The notes under the pieces: generated by a model | The model's database searches: none | Told to the model about the DNA's origin: nothing | Seen by the model: the letters and a program-made list of their open reading frames with translations, nothing else | Assembly: GCA_029262175.1 (NCBI GenBank) | Contig: JAJCZV010000072.1 | Location: forward strand, 75,459 to 139,458 | Source: Gemmatimonadota bacterium | GTDB lineage: Bacteria; Gemmatimonadota; Gemmatimonadetes; Palauibacterales; Palauibacteraceae | Length of the DNA: 64,000 nt | Reading direction: 5' to 3' | Part shown: positions 9,111-20,387 of the stretch, piece by piece | Layout: the number at the start of each line of letters is the position of its first letter | Position numbering within the stretch: position 1 is the first letter of the stretch | Translations under genes and position numbers: made by a program

Positions 9111-10694
9111 TTACGGCGTTTGAGTCTCGGCCGACGGGATCTCTTCCTGCACTGCACCGATTTCCGAATCCAACGCCTGAACCGATCGTGACGCGTTCGC
9201 CTCAGCAGCACCAACGGCGACCGCGTCCTCCGCTCGCTCGATGACCGCCCCAGGCAGGATGCCACCTATGATCAACGCGATGGCGCTTCCCGCGATCGCC
9301 CAACGGAAGCCAGGTTCGGACTTGGCCGGCTCGACCGCGTCGGCCGGTGCCGAATCGAAATACATCTTCCAGACGATCCGAAGGTAGTAGTAGTACGCGA
9401 TGAGGCTCGTTAGAACGAGCGTCACCGCCAAAGCGATCTCGTCCGCAGCTACCGCGGCGCGCAGAAGGTACAGCTTACCCACGAAGCCGGCGGTGGGTGG
9501 AAAGCCCGCGAGCGACAGGAGGAAGATCAACAGGCCCATAGCCAGCCAGGGCCGCTTCCAGCCGAGGCCTCGATAGTCCTCCACGAACCCGCCGCGGTCC
9601 CCTTTGCCCGCCACGTGATAGATGATCGCAAAGCTGCCGATCGTCATCACCGTATACGCCGCCAAGTAGAACAGGGACGCGGCGCGACCAAGCGCCGAGG
9701 CAGCCGCGACTCCAACCAACAAGTATCCGGCGTGAGCCACGGACGAATACGCGAGCATTCGCTTCACGTTTTCTTGCGCCAACGCGATCATGTTGGGGAT
9801 GATCATGGTGAGAATCGCAAGCCACTGGATCGGTCCGATCCAAATTTCGCGCGCCCCGCCAAGATCGACGGTCAGCACTCGGAGCAAGGCGACGAAGGCT
9901 GCGGCCTTTACACCCGTGGCCATGAATGCCGTCACTGGCGTCGGAGCGCCTTCGTACGCGTCTGGAGTCCACATGTGAAAAGGAACGGCCGCGATCTTGA
10001 AGGCGAAACCAATGATCAGCAGTCCGATTCCCGCGGTGAGAAGCAGATCCCCACCCGCCACACTCGCTGCGATCGCCGGGGCCGCCGCCGCCAAGCGCGT
10101 GGTCCCGGTCGCTCCGTAGAGCAAGGCGATGCCATACACCAGGAACGCGCTGGCAAATGCCCCTACGATGAAGTATTTGAGGCTCGCTTCTGACGACCGA
10201 GGATCATTCCTCACGATGCCGGTCAAGACATAGACCGCGATCGACATGAGCTCCAGCCCCACGAACAGCAGAATCAGATCTCTGGCCGCGACGAGCACCA
10301 ACATGCCGACGAGCGCGAAGAGAAGGAGCGCGTGGTACTCCGGCGATCGAATGTTCTCTCTGGCCAAATAGTCGCGCGAGATCACGACAACCAGTGCGGC
10401 ACCGCCCAACAGGATCAGATCGGCGGCGACTCGAAATCCATCGACGGCGATCAACGCGTCCGGAGCGGCGCTGCCGTCGCTGAGCCATAGGCTGGCGATG
10501 AAGGCGGCGGCAATCCCGTACATCGTCAGCAGGTAGTCGATCGAAGCCCGGCGCTCTTCCTCGCCGCCGGCAGGATCCTTGGATCGAGAGAACGCATCGT
10601 GTAAGAGAATCGACATCGCAGCGAGAGAGAGAATCACCTCGGGGAGCAACGCGAGCCATTGGCTTCCGTGGGTCGCGAAATCGAAGACCCTCAC
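9111..10694 (-). CDS. nuoN: NADH-quinone oxidoreductase subunit N
   Basis: LELMS, EASLKYF, FKIAAVPFHMWTPDAYEGAP, KRMLAYSS; start is GTG 10694 or ATG 10712. Confidence 0.93.
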   Translation of the reverse strand: MRVFDFATHGSQWLALLPEVILSLAAMSILLHDAFSRSKDPAGGEEERRASIDYLLTMYGIAAAFIASLWLSDGSAAPDALIAVDGFRVAADLILLGGAALVVVISRDYLARENIRSPEYHALLLFALVGMLVLVAARDLILLFVGLELMSIAVYVLTGIVRNDPRSSEASLKYFIVGAFASAFLVYGIALLYGATGTTRLAAAAPAIAASVAGGDLLLTAGIGLLIIGFAFKIAAVPFHMWTPDAYEGAPTPVTAFMATGVKAAAFVALLRVLTVDLGGAREIWIGPIQWLAILTMIIPNMIALAQENVKRMLAYSSVAHAGYLLVGVAAASALGRAASLFYLAAYTVMTIGSFAIIYHVAGKGDRGGFVEDYRGLGWKRPWLAMGLLIFLLSLAGFPPTAGFVGKLYLLRAAVAADEIALAVTLVLTSLIAYYYYLRIVWKMYFDSAPADAVEPAKSEPGFRWAIAGSAIALIIGGILPGAVIERAEDAVAVGAAEANASRSVQALDSEIGAVQEEIPSAETQTP

Positions 10695-10695
10695 G

Positions 10696-12267
10696 TCACT
10701 CGCCTTCCGCATTGGATCGGAACGCGACCGGAGGCGGCTCCTGGCGCTGACGCACGACCTCCGCACCCACCGTACCCGCCGTCTGCATGCGAACCAGCAA
10801 GGCATCGACCGAGGCCCGGGTCCGATTCAAGAACGGTCCTGGCCAGACGCCCATGAGAACGATGAGGACGAGGAACGGAACCAGAATCAGGCGCTCTCGT
10901 CGGTTCAAGTCGAGGAGCTGGCGGTTCTCGTCGCGATCTAGCGAGTTGAAGAGCATTCGCTGCACCATTGGCAGCATGTAACAGGCGGCGAAGATCACGC
11001 CCGTAGCCGCGATCGCAGCGATCCAGGGGTGCGTCTGGAAGGTCCCCACCAGGATCAGGAATTCTCCCACAAACCCATTGGTGCCGGGGAGCCCGATGGA
11101 AGAGAGTCCGACGACCACCAACGCGAACGCGAACACCGGCATCACTTTCGCGATCCCACCAAAGTCCGCGATCTCTCGAGTGTGTCGGCGCTCGTACAGC
11201 ATCCCGATCAATAGGAACAAGGCGCCGGTCGAGACTCCATGGTTCACCATCTGGAGGATCCCGCCTTCGATGCCCTGAGTCGTCAAGCCGAAGACGCCGA
11301 TCACGATGAACCCGAGGTGAGCCACAGACGTGTAGGCGACCAGTTTCTTCGCATCGGGTTGGACTGCCGCCACCCATGCGCCGTAGAGGATCCCGATCAA
11401 ACCGAGCATCAGCATCACGGACAAGACGGTCGGGTGTGTCGCCGCCTGCGGGAGCAACGGCAAAGCGAATCGTAGGAATCCGTAGATCCCCATCTTCAAG
11501 AGGACGCCGGCCAGAACCACCGAACCAGCGGTCGGCGCCTCGACATGCGCGTCCGGGAGCCAGGTGTGGAACGGGAACATCGGCACCTTGATCGCGAACG
11601 CTAAAGCAAACCCGGTGAATAGCCAGAGTTGAGTCCGTCCCGCGATCTCTAGCGCTAGAAACTCATCGTAAGCAAAACTCCATGTACCGGTCGCCGTGTG
11701 GTTGAGGTACGCGAGCGCGACGATCGCAACCAGCATGAGGAGCGAGCCCGCTGCGGTGTAGAGAAAGAACTTGACCGCGGAGTAGATCCGGCGCTCGCCG
11801 CCCCAAACCCCGATGAGAAAATACATCGGGATGAGCATGATCTCCCAAAACACGTAGAACAGAAACAGGTCGAGCGCGACGAAGACTCCGATCATACCGG
11901 TCGTCAGGAACAACAGCATCGCGTAGAACGCGCGCTCTCGTTTGGTGATGTAGGAGAACGAACCGGCAACCGCGAGCGGCATGATGAACGTGGTCAGCAA
12001 GACCATGAGAATCGAGATCCCATCGATCCCGACCGAATAGGAGATGCCCCACGCGTCGATCCATGGGATCGAGACCACGTTCTGGAAGCCCGCTTCCGAT
12101 TGGTCGAACGTCCAGAACAGCGGCAGCGAGAGGACAAACAGAACCGTTGTGGTGACCAGCGCGACGTGTTTGGCGCGGGCCTCGGGCAGCACCAGACACG
12201 CCATCCCGCCGAAAACAGGGATGAGGATGAGAAGCGTCAGGATCCAGTGCGAGTCGTAGATCGCCAT
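10696..12267 (-). CDS. nuoM: NADH-quinone oxidoreductase subunit M
   Basis: FYVFWE, KVPMFPFHTWLPDAHVEAP, LLKMG, KKLVAYTSVAH. Confidence 0.95.
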   Translation of the reverse strand: MAIYDSHWILTLLILIPVFGGMACLVLPEARAKHVALVTTTVLFVLSLPLFWTFDQSEAGFQNVVSIPWIDAWGISYSVGIDGISILMVLLTTFIMPLAVAGSFSYITKRERAFYAMLLFLTTGMIGVFVALDLFLFYVFWEIMLIPMYFLIGVWGGERRIYSAVKFFLYTAAGSLLMLVAIVALAYLNHTATGTWSFAYDEFLALEIAGRTQLWLFTGFALAFAIKVPMFPFHTWLPDAHVEAPTAGSVVLAGVLLKMGIYGFLRFALPLLPQAATHPTVLSVMLMLGLIGILYGAWVAAVQPDAKKLVAYTSVAHLGFIVIGVFGLTTQGIEGGILQMVNHGVSTGALFLLIGMLYERRHTREIADFGGIAKVMPVFAFALVVVGLSSIGLPGTNGFVGEFLILVGTFQTHPWIAAIAATGVIFAACYMLPMVQRMLFNSLDRDENRQLLDLNRRERLILVPFLVLIVLMGVWPGPFLNRTRASVDALLVRMQTAGTVGAEVVRQRQEPPPVAFRSNAEGE

Positions 12268-12271
12268 ACCG

Positions 12272-14311
12272 CTAACCCAGCACGCCAAGGACGAGAAGAA
12301 CGCCCAGCATGAACATCACCAGGTAGGTCGTGACCCGTCCACTTTGAATCTGACCTCCAGCCCACCCAAGCAGCTTCGTTCCCTGGCCAACGCCGTTGAC
12401 GATGCCATCGATGATCGCCGTGTCGACGATTTTCCAGCACCCTCGCCACAGCGCCAGCGACGGACGCACGATCATTCTGTCGTAGAGCTCATCGACATAC
12501 CACTTGTCATAGAGTAGCCGCGCGAACCCGGTTGGAGGTGTGGCTTCCGCTTCCGTCGGCACCGCGCGGGCGCGAAGCGTTCGAAACGTCACGACCACCG
12601 CGATCACTGCAAGCAGCGTCGAGATGCCAGCCCACAAGGCTTCGCCGCCACCAACGGGTGACGCGTGCGCGACGTGGATCCCGTGTTCCTCAGCCACAAG
12701 GAGGGCCGGTTCGAACACCGGCTCCAACCAGTGGTGAAACCAATCCACGTGGATCGGCAGCGAAAGACCTTCCGGGATATTTACCCAGCCACCTACGAAA
12801 GATAGAACCGCCAAAACCCCGAGCGGCACCCACATCAATGCCGGGACCTCGTGAATGTGCTTGGCCCCGTCCGTCGAGTCGTGCCCAAAGGTGCGATTCT
12901 TTCCGTGAAACGTCATGACCATCAGACGGGTCATGTAGATCGCGGTGAGAACCGCGGTGACGAGAGCAACGCCCCACAGGATCGGATAGCCAAATCCGCC
13001 CGCATTCCAAATGATCTCATCTTTCGAGAAGAACCCGGCGAACGGAGCGACCCCCGCAATCGCCAACGTCGCGACCCACATGAAGATCCACGTCTTAGGC
13101 ATGAATGCCTTCATCCCGCCGTGGTTGCGCATGTCGTTCGGGTCGCCATGGTGGTGTGCGTCCCCACCCCCATGATCCCAGGCGTGGTGTACCGTGTGGA
13201 TCACCGCGCCGGCGCCGAGAAACAAAAGAGCCTTGAAGAAGGCGTGGGTCATCAAGTGAAAGACGCCGGCCGTGTAGGCTCCCACGCCGACTGCCAGAAA
13301 CATGTAGCCCAGCTGAGAAATCGTGGAGTACGCCAAGACTTTCTTGATGTCGTACTGCTGGATCGCAATGGTCGCGGCAAACAAAGCCGTACCCGCGCCG
13401 ACCGCGGCGACGACGCCCTGCGATACGGGCGCGAGAGCGAACAACACGCTCAGGCGTGCGATCAAATACACGCCCGCCGTCACCATCGTCGCTGCATGGA
13501 TCAGCGCCGAGACCGGCGTCGGACCCGCCATGGCATCCGGCAGCCACGTGTACAAGGGGATTTGCGCCGACTTGCCTGTACACCCGAGGAAAAGCAGCAG
13601 CGTGATCCCGGTGACGAGCAGCCCGCCGTACGCCAACTGCCCGCCGGCGCTCTCCACGATCGGGACAAAATCCAACGTTCCAAAGGCAACGTAGAGCATG
13701 AACATCGCGATCAGGAAACCCGCATCCCCGATGCGATTTACGATAAAGGCTTTCTTCCCTGCGTTCGCGAAGTCTTTGTTATCGTACCAGAATCCGATCA
13801 GCAGATACGAACACAGCCCGACGCCCTCCCAACCCACGAACATGAGCGGCAGGCTGGCCCCGAGGACCAGAATCAGCATGAAAAAGACAAACAGATTCAG
13901 ATAGGCGAAGTAGCGCGAAAACCCGGGGTCCTCGCGCATGTACGCGACCGAGTAAATGTGGATCAGGCTGCCGACACCCGTGATGATCAAGCACATCAAC
14001 ATGGACAGCTGGTCGAACTGAAGATCGACGCCGATCCGAAGGTCGCCGGATTCGATCCAGGTCCACAAATGCGAGATCTCCGCGCCGTGTAGTTCGGCGC
14101 TGCTCATCCCCAAGAAATTGAGCAGTACGACGATGAAGGCGGCGATCAGAGCCCCGGGGCCGATGAGGGCCGGGACCATCTTGTCGTTGCGCCACAGGAA
14201 TGCGCCGCACCCGTTGATCAGCGCCCCGAGCAGCGGGAACAAAAGGATGAGAAACGGCAGCACGGGATGGAAGTTGGTCGCCGCCCCCTCTTGGAACACC
14301 TGGCTTACCAT
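12272..14311 (-). CDS. nuoL: NADH-quinone oxidoreductase subunit L
   Basis: [49 protein letters not shown]. Confidence 0.96.
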   Translation of the reverse strand: MVSQVFQEGAATNFHPVLPFLILLFPLLGALINGCGAFLWRNDKMVPALIGPGALIAAFIVVLLNFLGMSSAELHGAEISHLWTWIESGDLRIGVDLQFDQLSMLMCLIITGVGSLIHIYSVAYMREDPGFSRYFAYLNLFVFFMLILVLGASLPLMFVGWEGVGLCSYLLIGFWYDNKDFANAGKKAFIVNRIGDAGFLIAMFMLYVAFGTLDFVPIVESAGGQLAYGGLLVTGITLLLFLGCTGKSAQIPLYTWLPDAMAGPTPVSALIHAATMVTAGVYLIARLSVLFALAPVSQGVVAAVGAGTALFAATIAIQQYDIKKVLAYSTISQLGYMFLAVGVGAYTAGVFHLMTHAFFKALLFLGAGAVIHTVHHAWDHGGGDAHHHGDPNDMRNHGGMKAFMPKTWIFMWVATLAIAGVAPFAGFFSKDEIIWNAGGFGYPILWGVALVTAVLTAIYMTRLMVMTFHGKNRTFGHDSTDGAKHIHEVPALMWVPLGVLAVLSFVGGWVNIPEGLSLPIHVDWFHHWLEPVFEPALLVAEEHGIHVAHASPVGGGEALWAGISTLLAVIAVVVTFRTLRARAVPTEAEATPPTGFARLLYDKWYVDELYDRMIVRPSLALWRGCWKIVDTAIIDGIVNGVGQGTKLLGWAGGQIQSGRVTTYLVMFMLGVLLVLGVLG

Positions 14312-14634
14312 TTCAACAACCGGAATCGATCGAGATCCACCACCTCATAGTGACGGAAGATCGCGATGATGATGGCAAGCCCGACGGCCGCTTCGGCGGC
14401 GGCGACGGCCATCACGAAGAACACGAAGATCTGACCTTCGACTCCGTGCATGCGAGAGAACGCGACCAGCGCGATGTTGGCGGCGTTGAGCATCAGTTCG
14501 ATACACATAAACACGATAATCGCGTTTCGGCGAATCATCACGCCGATCACGCCGATCGCAAACAGAATCGCGCTGACGAATACGGCGATGAGACCAGGTT
14601 CCCCCAGGCCGGCCAACCCCAAGCTCTGGCTCAC
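14305..14634 (-). CDS. nuoK: NADH-quinone oxidoreductase subunit K
   Basis: RRN...CIELMLNA...[10 protein letters not shown]. Confidence 0.95.
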   Translation of the reverse strand: MSQSLGLAGLGEPGLIAVFVSAILFAIGVIGVMIRRNAIIVFMCIELMLNAANIALVAFSRMHGVEGQIFVFFVMAVAAAEAAVGLAIIIAIFRHYEVVDLDRFRLLKW

Positions 14635-15158
14635 GCGTGTTTTCTCTGGGCTAGGAGGATGGTCCCGACGATCGCTGCCAGCAGAAGAACACCCGTCACC
14701 TGGAGCACCATGAAGTACTCGCCAAACAAAGGACGAGCCACAACGCCGATGATTCCTTGCTCGGCAGTCGCCGCGCGCAGCGCCTCTCCGGCCGGGACCA
14801 CCGACGCCGCCGCCGGCGCATCTCCCACGAGCAGTCGCGCCAGCAGTCCGAGAAATCCGATCGCCACCGCGCCGCCGATCAAACCGCCGAAGGGGCCGCG
14901 AAGGTCTTCGGAATCGGTGTGCCCCAGGTTCAGTAGCATGATCACGAACAGAAACAGGACCATGATGGCCCCGCCGTACAGGATGAGATTGATCGCAGCG
15001 ATGTAGTGCGCGTCGAGCATGAGAAACATGCCCGACGTCGCGAAAAACACGACGACCAAGAAGATCACGGCCGAGACCGGATTCTTGCGGGTCACCATGA
15101 TGACCCCGGCCAAGATGGCCGTCGCCGCAAAGAACTGGAAGAGAAAATCGTACATCAT
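14631..15158 (-). CDS. nuoJ: NADH-quinone oxidoreductase subunit J
   Basis: KNPV...[16 protein letters not shown]; position in the operon. Confidence 0.93.
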   Translation of the reverse strand: MMYDFLFQFFAATAILAGVIMVTRKNPVSAVIFLVVVFFATSGMFLMLDAHYIAAINLILYGGAIMVLFLFVIMLLNLGHTDSEDLRGPFGGLIGGAVAIGFLGLLARLLVGDAPAAASVVPAGEALRAATAEQGIIGVVARPLFGEYFMVLQVTGVLLLAAIVGTILLAQRKHA

Positions 15159-15652
15159 TCCGAATCAGGATCCGATGGGTCCCACAACGCCGTCACGTCA
15201 TGCTCCTGTTCGCAAAGTCGCTCTAGGTCGTACACCCAGCGCTCGCGCGAGTATTCTGCGTTCTCGTAGTGGACGCCGAGGTGGATCGCCTCGACCGGAC
15301 AAACCTCCTGACAATAGCCACAGAAGATGCAACGAAACTCGTCGATCTCGTAAATCGCGGCGTAGCGTTCGCCATTCTCGTCTTCGGCCGGGACCAGTTT
15401 GATGCAGTTGACGGGACAAACCGTTGGGCACAAACCGCACGCGACGCACTTCGCTCGCCCGTCTTCGTGCACGGCCATGCGGTGAGTGCCTCGGACGCGC
15501 GGTGCCAGCTCCCACTTCTCATCGGGATATTGTTGCGTCTTCTTATTTGGATTGAGGAGATGTTTGAGGGTGATCCCCATCCCTTTAGCCGCCGCGCGCA
15601 CGTACGAGCTATCGCTATCGGGCCGCGTAACGATTTTGACGTCTCCAGGCAT
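15155..15652 (-). CDS. nuoI: NADH-quinone oxidoreductase subunit I
   Basis: Two [4Fe-4S] motifs, [12 protein letters not shown] and [12 protein letters not shown]. Confidence 0.95.
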   Translation of the reverse strand: MPGDVKIVTRPDSDSSYVRAAAKGMGITLKHLLNPNKKTQQYPDEKWELAPRVRGTHRMAVHEDGRAKCVACGLCPTVCPVNCIKLVPAEDENGERYAAIYEIDEFRCIFCGYCQEVCPVEAIHLGVHYENAEYSRERWVYDLERLCEQEHDVTALWDPSDPDSE

Positions 15653-15654
15653 CC

Positions 15655-16929
15655 CTATGCCTTCCCTTCCACGGTGTTTCCTTCGCTATCGGAGTCGCCT
15701 GTGTCTTCGGGACCACGGCGCGCTGCACCTCGAATCAGAGTTCCCTTATCCAGCGCAAACAGTAGGACGGACCCCAGCCCCAAGTTGACGAGAAAGAGCA
15801 CAAAGGCATACCAGCCACCCTTGGGAATCCCGACGGCCTCGATCCCGAGGATTACGAGCGCGATCACCAAGATGTACACGGTGACCGCCTCGAGCATGAA
15901 CTTCCAGCCGAGATCCATGAGCTGGTCGTAACGAAATCGCGGGAGCGTCCAGCGAATCCAAACGAAGATCACGACGACGAGCGACGCCTTGATGGAAAAT
16001 GCGCCCAGCGTGAGGACGGTCTTCCACCAAGTGGGGTCGCCGATCAGCGTGCCGTCGGACAGGACGCGGATGTTGTCACCGGTCCAGAACGGGATATCCC
16101 AGCCACCGAGAAAGAAGACGGTGACCAACGCGGCGATCGTAATGACGTGCGCAAACTCGCCGATCATGAACATCGAAAACTTCATGGCTGAATACTCTGT
16201 GTGGTATCCAGTGACGAGTTCGGCTTCGGCTTCAGGCAAGTCGAAGGGCAAACGGTTGGTCTCGGCCAGGCCCGACACGAAGAAGAAGAACGCCCCGACC
16301 AACAACGGGAACAGGAACCATGTCGAGTAGGTGGCAGGCCCGGCGGTAAACGCCTGCTGCATCGAGACGATCTCGGGAACCCGGACGTCTCCTGCCAGCA
16401 GAATGAGCGGAACCAGGCTCAGCGCGAGGGCCACCTCGTAGCTGATCATCTGAGCCGAGCCTCGTAGGCCGCCCAACAACGAGTACTTGGAGCCGGACGC
16501 CCAGCCACCCAAGGCCACGCCATACACCCCGATCGAACCGATCGCGAGAATGTAGAGGAACCCGATCGGCACGTCTGCGACGATCATCTCCACAAGCCCC
16601 CATTGGGTCGGGAGCGGTGCGCCGAACGGAATGACCGCGAACAAAATCGTGGCGGGCAGGATCGCCAACACGGGAGCCAATAGGAAGAACGGCCGGATCG
16701 CCCCAGCCGGCATCGTCTCTTCTTTGATGATGTTCTTGATCCCGTCCGCGATGACCTGGAGCATCCCCCAAGGCCCCACGCGATTGGGACCGCTTCGATC
16801 TTGAATAAAGCCCGCGAATTTGCGCTCGACGATCGTGGAGAGCATCACCGACAAGATGAGCACGGTAAAAAAGAGCCCCGCTTTGGCAAGCGTCGCGACG
16901 ACAAATGCGCCGCCCGTGATGGGACTCAT
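15655..16929 (-). CDS. nuoH: NADH-quinone oxidoreductase subunit H
   Basis: ERK...QDRSGPNRVG, ISYE, ETNRLPFDLPEAE, PRFRYDQ. Confidence 0.96.
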   Translation of the reverse strand: MSPITGGAFVVATLAKAGLFFTVLILSVMLSTIVERKFAGFIQDRSGPNRVGPWGMLQVIADGIKNIIKEETMPAGAIRPFFLLAPVLAILPATILFAVIPFGAPLPTQWGLVEMIVADVPIGFLYILAIGSIGVYGVALGGWASGSKYSLLGGLRGSAQMISYEVALALSLVPLILLAGDVRVPEIVSMQQAFTAGPATYSTWFLFPLLVGAFFFFVSGLAETNRLPFDLPEAEAELVTGYHTEYSAMKFSMFMIGEFAHVITIAALVTVFFLGGWDIPFWTGDNIRVLSDGTLIGDPTWWKTVLTLGAFSIKASLVVVIFVWIRWTLPRFRYDQLMDLGWKFMLEAVTVYILVIALVILGIEAVGIPKGGWYAFVLFLVNLGLGSVLLFALDKGTLIRGAARRGPEDTGDSDSEGNTVEGKA

Positions 16930-18542
16930 CCTTCTACACCGGTTCCGGCGGGAGTCTCCGCATTCGCTGCACCCGCGAGGACGGCCCCCTTGAGTCCGAT
17001 CGAGTCCCAGGACAGACCGGCAAACGCAGACACGGTCGAAGAGAGTCGATCAAAGGCCGCTGAAATCTCCGACACATCCTCGCCCTCACCCAGTCTGGAG
17101 AGGATCCGGCTCAACACCATCCAACCTGGACGGGCGACACCCGGCGGGTTAAGCGCCTGGTGAAAGCGCTGCACCCGGCCCTCGAAATTGGTGAAGGTCC
17201 CATCCATCTCCGCGAACGTGGCGATGGGGAGGAGGGCATCGGCGTTTCGGGCGGCCTCGGGGAGGCGGGTGCCGAGATACAGGAAGAATGAAGCGTTCGC
17301 ACCGAAGTCGGAGTCGACCCCGTCCAACGCGTCATCGAGGACGACCAAAGCCCGGCCATCTTTTGGCGCCGAGTATTCCTCGACACGTTTGGCACCGAAT
17401 GACTCGAGTCCGAACACGTTTGCCGCGCGATCGGCTCGCAACTGTAGTTTGGGCACCGTAGGCAGCGAGGCCGTATCGCCAATCGGGACGCGGAACTGGA
17501 TGTCGTCGACGCCCAAGCGGCCAAGGAGCGGGAGCGCAAAGGCGAGATTCTCGTTAGAGATATCGGCGGAAACCAACGCCGTCCCCCCTGCACCGCCATT
17601 TCCACCTTCGATGACCGTGGTGCGATCGGCTACCCAGGCCAAGGCGGTCTGCCAGTCCGTCGCCTGCAGCGACCCTTCGGTTCGAATCATCGGGACTTCG
17701 GCCCGGACACCTCGGTTGGTCATCACGAGGTGTTTGCGACCGTGATCGCACATCCAATAGGAATTGACCTCCGCGTTGTATCGCGGCTTGAGGCGGACGA
17801 TCTGATTCTCTTTGGTATCGATGGTGACGTTGCAGCCCGTGGAGCAACCCGGACAGACGCTGACCGTGTTGTCCATGTCCCAGGCTCGCGCCTTGAACAC
17901 GAAGTCCTCGTGAACCAGCGCGCCCACGGGACACACGTCCACGATGTTCCCCTGGAACGGGTTGTCGAGCTGACGACCGGGGAACGTATCGATGTAGGAC
18001 TTGTGTCCTCGTTGAGCGACGATGAGCGCGTCGTCTTCCGCCACGTCGCGCATGAAGCGCACGCAGCGCGTGCAAATGATGCATCGATCCGCGAAGTAGA
18101 GGATGTCCTCCGCTACGCGATCGCGACCCATGACTTGTTTCGGCTCGTTGACTCGACTCTCGAGCTGGTTGGTGACGTACGCATAGTCCTGCAACGTGCA
18201 TTGACCCGCAGCGTCACAGATCGGGCAATCGAGCGGATGGTTGACCAACAAGAACTCGATGACCGCCTGCCTGGCCGTCTCTGCCGTCTCGCTCGCTGTA
18301 TGCACGACCATTTCATCTTGGGCTTGAAGCGTGCACGAGGGTTCGAGCTTCGGGCGACCCTCGACCTCTACTAGACACATGCGACACTGGGCCGGGCGTG
18401 TTGGAATCCCGGGGTGGTAGCAATAGCGCGGGACCACGACACCGACGTGTTCGGCGGCTTCGATGACCCGCGTCCCCGAAGGAACCGTAACCTCGACACC
18501 GTCGATCGTGAGCGTGACCGTGTCCGGACTCCCTTTAGCCAT
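16926..18542 (-). CDS. nuoG: NADH-quinone oxidoreductase subunit G (short form)
   Basis: CYHP...CRMC, NHPLDCPICD...C, CIICTRCVRF, CPVGAL and CPGCSTGC motifs. Confidence 0.92.
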   Translation of the reverse strand: MAKGSPDTVTLTIDGVEVTVPSGTRVIEAAEHVGVVVPRYCYHPGIPTRPAQCRMCLVEVEGRPKLEPSCTLQAQDEMVVHTASETAETARQAVIEFLLVNHPLDCPICDAAGQCTLQDYAYVTNQLESRVNEPKQVMGRDRVAEDILYFADRCIICTRCVRFMRDVAEDDALIVAQRGHKSYIDTFPGRQLDNPFQGNIVDVCPVGALVHEDFVFKARAWDMDNTVSVCPGCSTGCNVTIDTKENQIVRLKPRYNAEVNSYWMCDHGRKHLVMTNRGVRAEVPMIRTEGSLQATDWQTALAWVADRTTVIEGGNGGAGGTALVSADISNENLAFALPLLGRLGVDDIQFRVPIGDTASLPTVPKLQLRADRAANVFGLESFGAKRVEEYSAPKDGRALVVLDDALDGVDSDFGANASFFLYLGTRLPEAARNADALLPIATFAEMDGTFTNFEGRVQRFHQALNPPGVARPGWMVLSRILSRLGEGEDVSEISAAFDRLSSTVSAFAGLSWDSIGLKGAVLAGAANAETPAGTGVEG

Positions 18543-19836
18543 GGATCGCCCCGCTCGTGACCAGGCTGGGTTTCATACGCGCCTCGTACTCCCCGCGGAA
18601 CTTGTCGAGCGAAGATTTGAGCGGGAAGACGACGCTGTCGGCGAGAACGCAGATGGTCCGACCGCTCATCTGCTCGCACAGCTCATAGAGCGTGTCGATG
18701 TCTTTTATTTCACCATCGCCCGCTTCGATGCGCTGAAGGATGCGGACGACCCAGGACGTACCCTCTCGACATTGGACGCACTGTCCACAGGACTCATGAG
18801 CATAGAACTGGGCGATCCGCCGGATCGCGGCGACGATGTCCGTGTCCTCATCCATGACGATCGGGGAGGCAGTGCCTAGCGAGCTGCCGGCCTCCTGCAT
18901 CCCCTCGTACGTCGTGATGCAGTCGAGTTCGTCGCCCGTTAGAAGGGCTGTAGAGGAGCCGCCCGGAATCACGGCCTTTACGGGCTTACCTGAAGGCGTG
19001 CCACCGCAGACATCGAAGATGATATCCTTGAGCGGAATCCCCAGTTCAAACTCGTAGTTACCGGGCCGAACGAGATGGCCAGAGCAACACCACAGCTTTG
19101 TCCCGGGCGACTTCTCGCTTCCCCACTGTTTGTACCAGTCGGCGCCTCCCTCGATGATCCCGGGGACCGTCGCGAGGGTCTCGACGTTGTTTACCGTCGT
19201 CGGCATACCGAAGGCTCCGGCCTGCGCCGGAAAAGGCGGCTTGGCCCAAGGTTCGGCGCGGTTCCCCATCAACGAGTTCATGAGGCCGGTTTCCTCGCCG
19301 GCGATATACGCCCCGGCGCCGGTATGCACCGTGACATCGCAGGACCAGCCCGACCCCAGGATATCGGAACCGATGAGCCCGGCTTCATAGGCTTCGGTCA
19401 CCGCACGGTTCAGGTACTGCGTGTCTTCAAAGAACTCACCGCGCACGTAGATGTAGACGTGCTCGGCCGCGATCGCCCGGGCCCCGATCAAACAACCCTC
19501 GATCAATAGGTGCGGCGTCCAGCGAATGACCTCGCGATCCTTGAATGCGCCTGGCTCCGACTCGTCCGCATTACAGCACAAGTAGTGAGGCTTGCCGTCA
19601 TCCTTCGGCATAAAGCTCCACTTGAGCCCAGTCGGGAATCCCGCGCCGCCTCGACCGCGCAGGCCCGAGTCCTTGACCACGTCTATGATCTCGGCCGGAG
19701 ACATGTCGACTGCGGTCTTGAGTCGATCGTACCCGCCGAGCTCGCGCCACGGCGTCAAAGACCGCCCTGCCGGCTCGCCTTGATGCCGCGAAAGAAGGGT
19801 CGTTGTTTCCAGGTCGTGGCGGTGGGGGAAGCTCAT
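18535..19836 (-). CDS. nuoF: NADH-quinone oxidoreductase subunit F
   Basis: GLRGRGGAGFPTGLKW, NADESEPG, GEET, ESCGQCVQCREG; start MSFPH at ATG 19836 overlaps the nuoE stop. Confidence 0.95.
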   Translation of the reverse strand: MSFPHRHDLETTTLLSRHQGEPAGRSLTPWRELGGYDRLKTAVDMSPAEIIDVVKDSGLRGRGGAGFPTGLKWSFMPKDDGKPHYLCCNADESEPGAFKDREVIRWTPHLLIEGCLIGARAIAAEHVYIYVRGEFFEDTQYLNRAVTEAYEAGLIGSDILGSGWSCDVTVHTGAGAYIAGEETGLMNSLMGNRAEPWAKPPFPAQAGAFGMPTTVNNVETLATVPGIIEGGADWYKQWGSEKSPGTKLWCCSGHLVRPGNYEFELGIPLKDIIFDVCGGTPSGKPVKAVIPGGSSTALLTGDELDCITTYEGMQEAGSSLGTASPIVMDEDTDIVAAIRRIAQFYAHESCGQCVQCREGTSWVVRILQRIEAGDGEIKDIDTLYELCEQMSGRTICVLADSVVFPLKSSLDKFRGEYEARMKPSLVTSGAIHG

Positions 19837-20387
19837 GCGTCCGCTCTCAGTTCCGCCACGATGTCCGGCACCGACTCCGGCGTCACATCCTCGAAGTAGC
19901 GATCGTTCACCTGCACCACGGTCGCGAACCCACAGGCGCCGAGACACTCGGCCTCCATGACGGTAAACTCGCCGTCGTCGGACATCTCGCCCTGACGCGT
20001 GCCCACTTCTTGAAGAAAGCGGGCGAGAACTTCTTCTCCCTTGTTCAAGTGACACGAAATATTCGTGCATACCTGAACCAAGTGCCGCCCCACCGGGTGT
20101 TTGTTGTACATCGTGTAGAACGTTGCGATCGAATGCACATATGCCGGCGTCAGATCGAGCGCGGTCGCGACCTGTTCCATGTCCGAGGGCTCGATCCACC
20201 CCTTCTTCTCCTGCACGAAGTGCAGCATCGGAAGAAGCGCAGCCGTCTTCTGAGGATAGCGAGAGAGAGCCATCTCCAGCCGCTCCTTGCCTTCCTCGGT
20301 CTCGAAAATCGGCCCGTCGAAGGTCTCGCGCGCCGTGAGTTGGAAGGGTTGGGCGCCAACCACCGCGGGGTGGATCTTGCGGGTCAT
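19833..20387 (-). CDS. nuoE: NADH-quinone oxidoreductase subunit E
   Basis: ATFYTMY, CTNISC and ECLGAC [2Fe-2S] motifs. Confidence 0.95.
   Translation of the reverse strand: MTRKIHPAVVGAQPFQLTARETFDGPIFETEEGKERLEMALSRYPQKTAALLPMLHFVQEKKGWIEPSDMEQVATALDLTPAYVHSIATFYTMYNKHPVGRHLVQVCTNISCHLNKGEEVLARFLQEVGTRQGEMSDDGEFTVMEAECLGACGFATVVQVNDRYFEDVTPESVPDIVAELRADA

Noticed and set aside
13130-13205. His-rich loop in NuoL ([14 protein letters not shown])
   Set aside because: His-rich loops are common in NuoL; not distinctive
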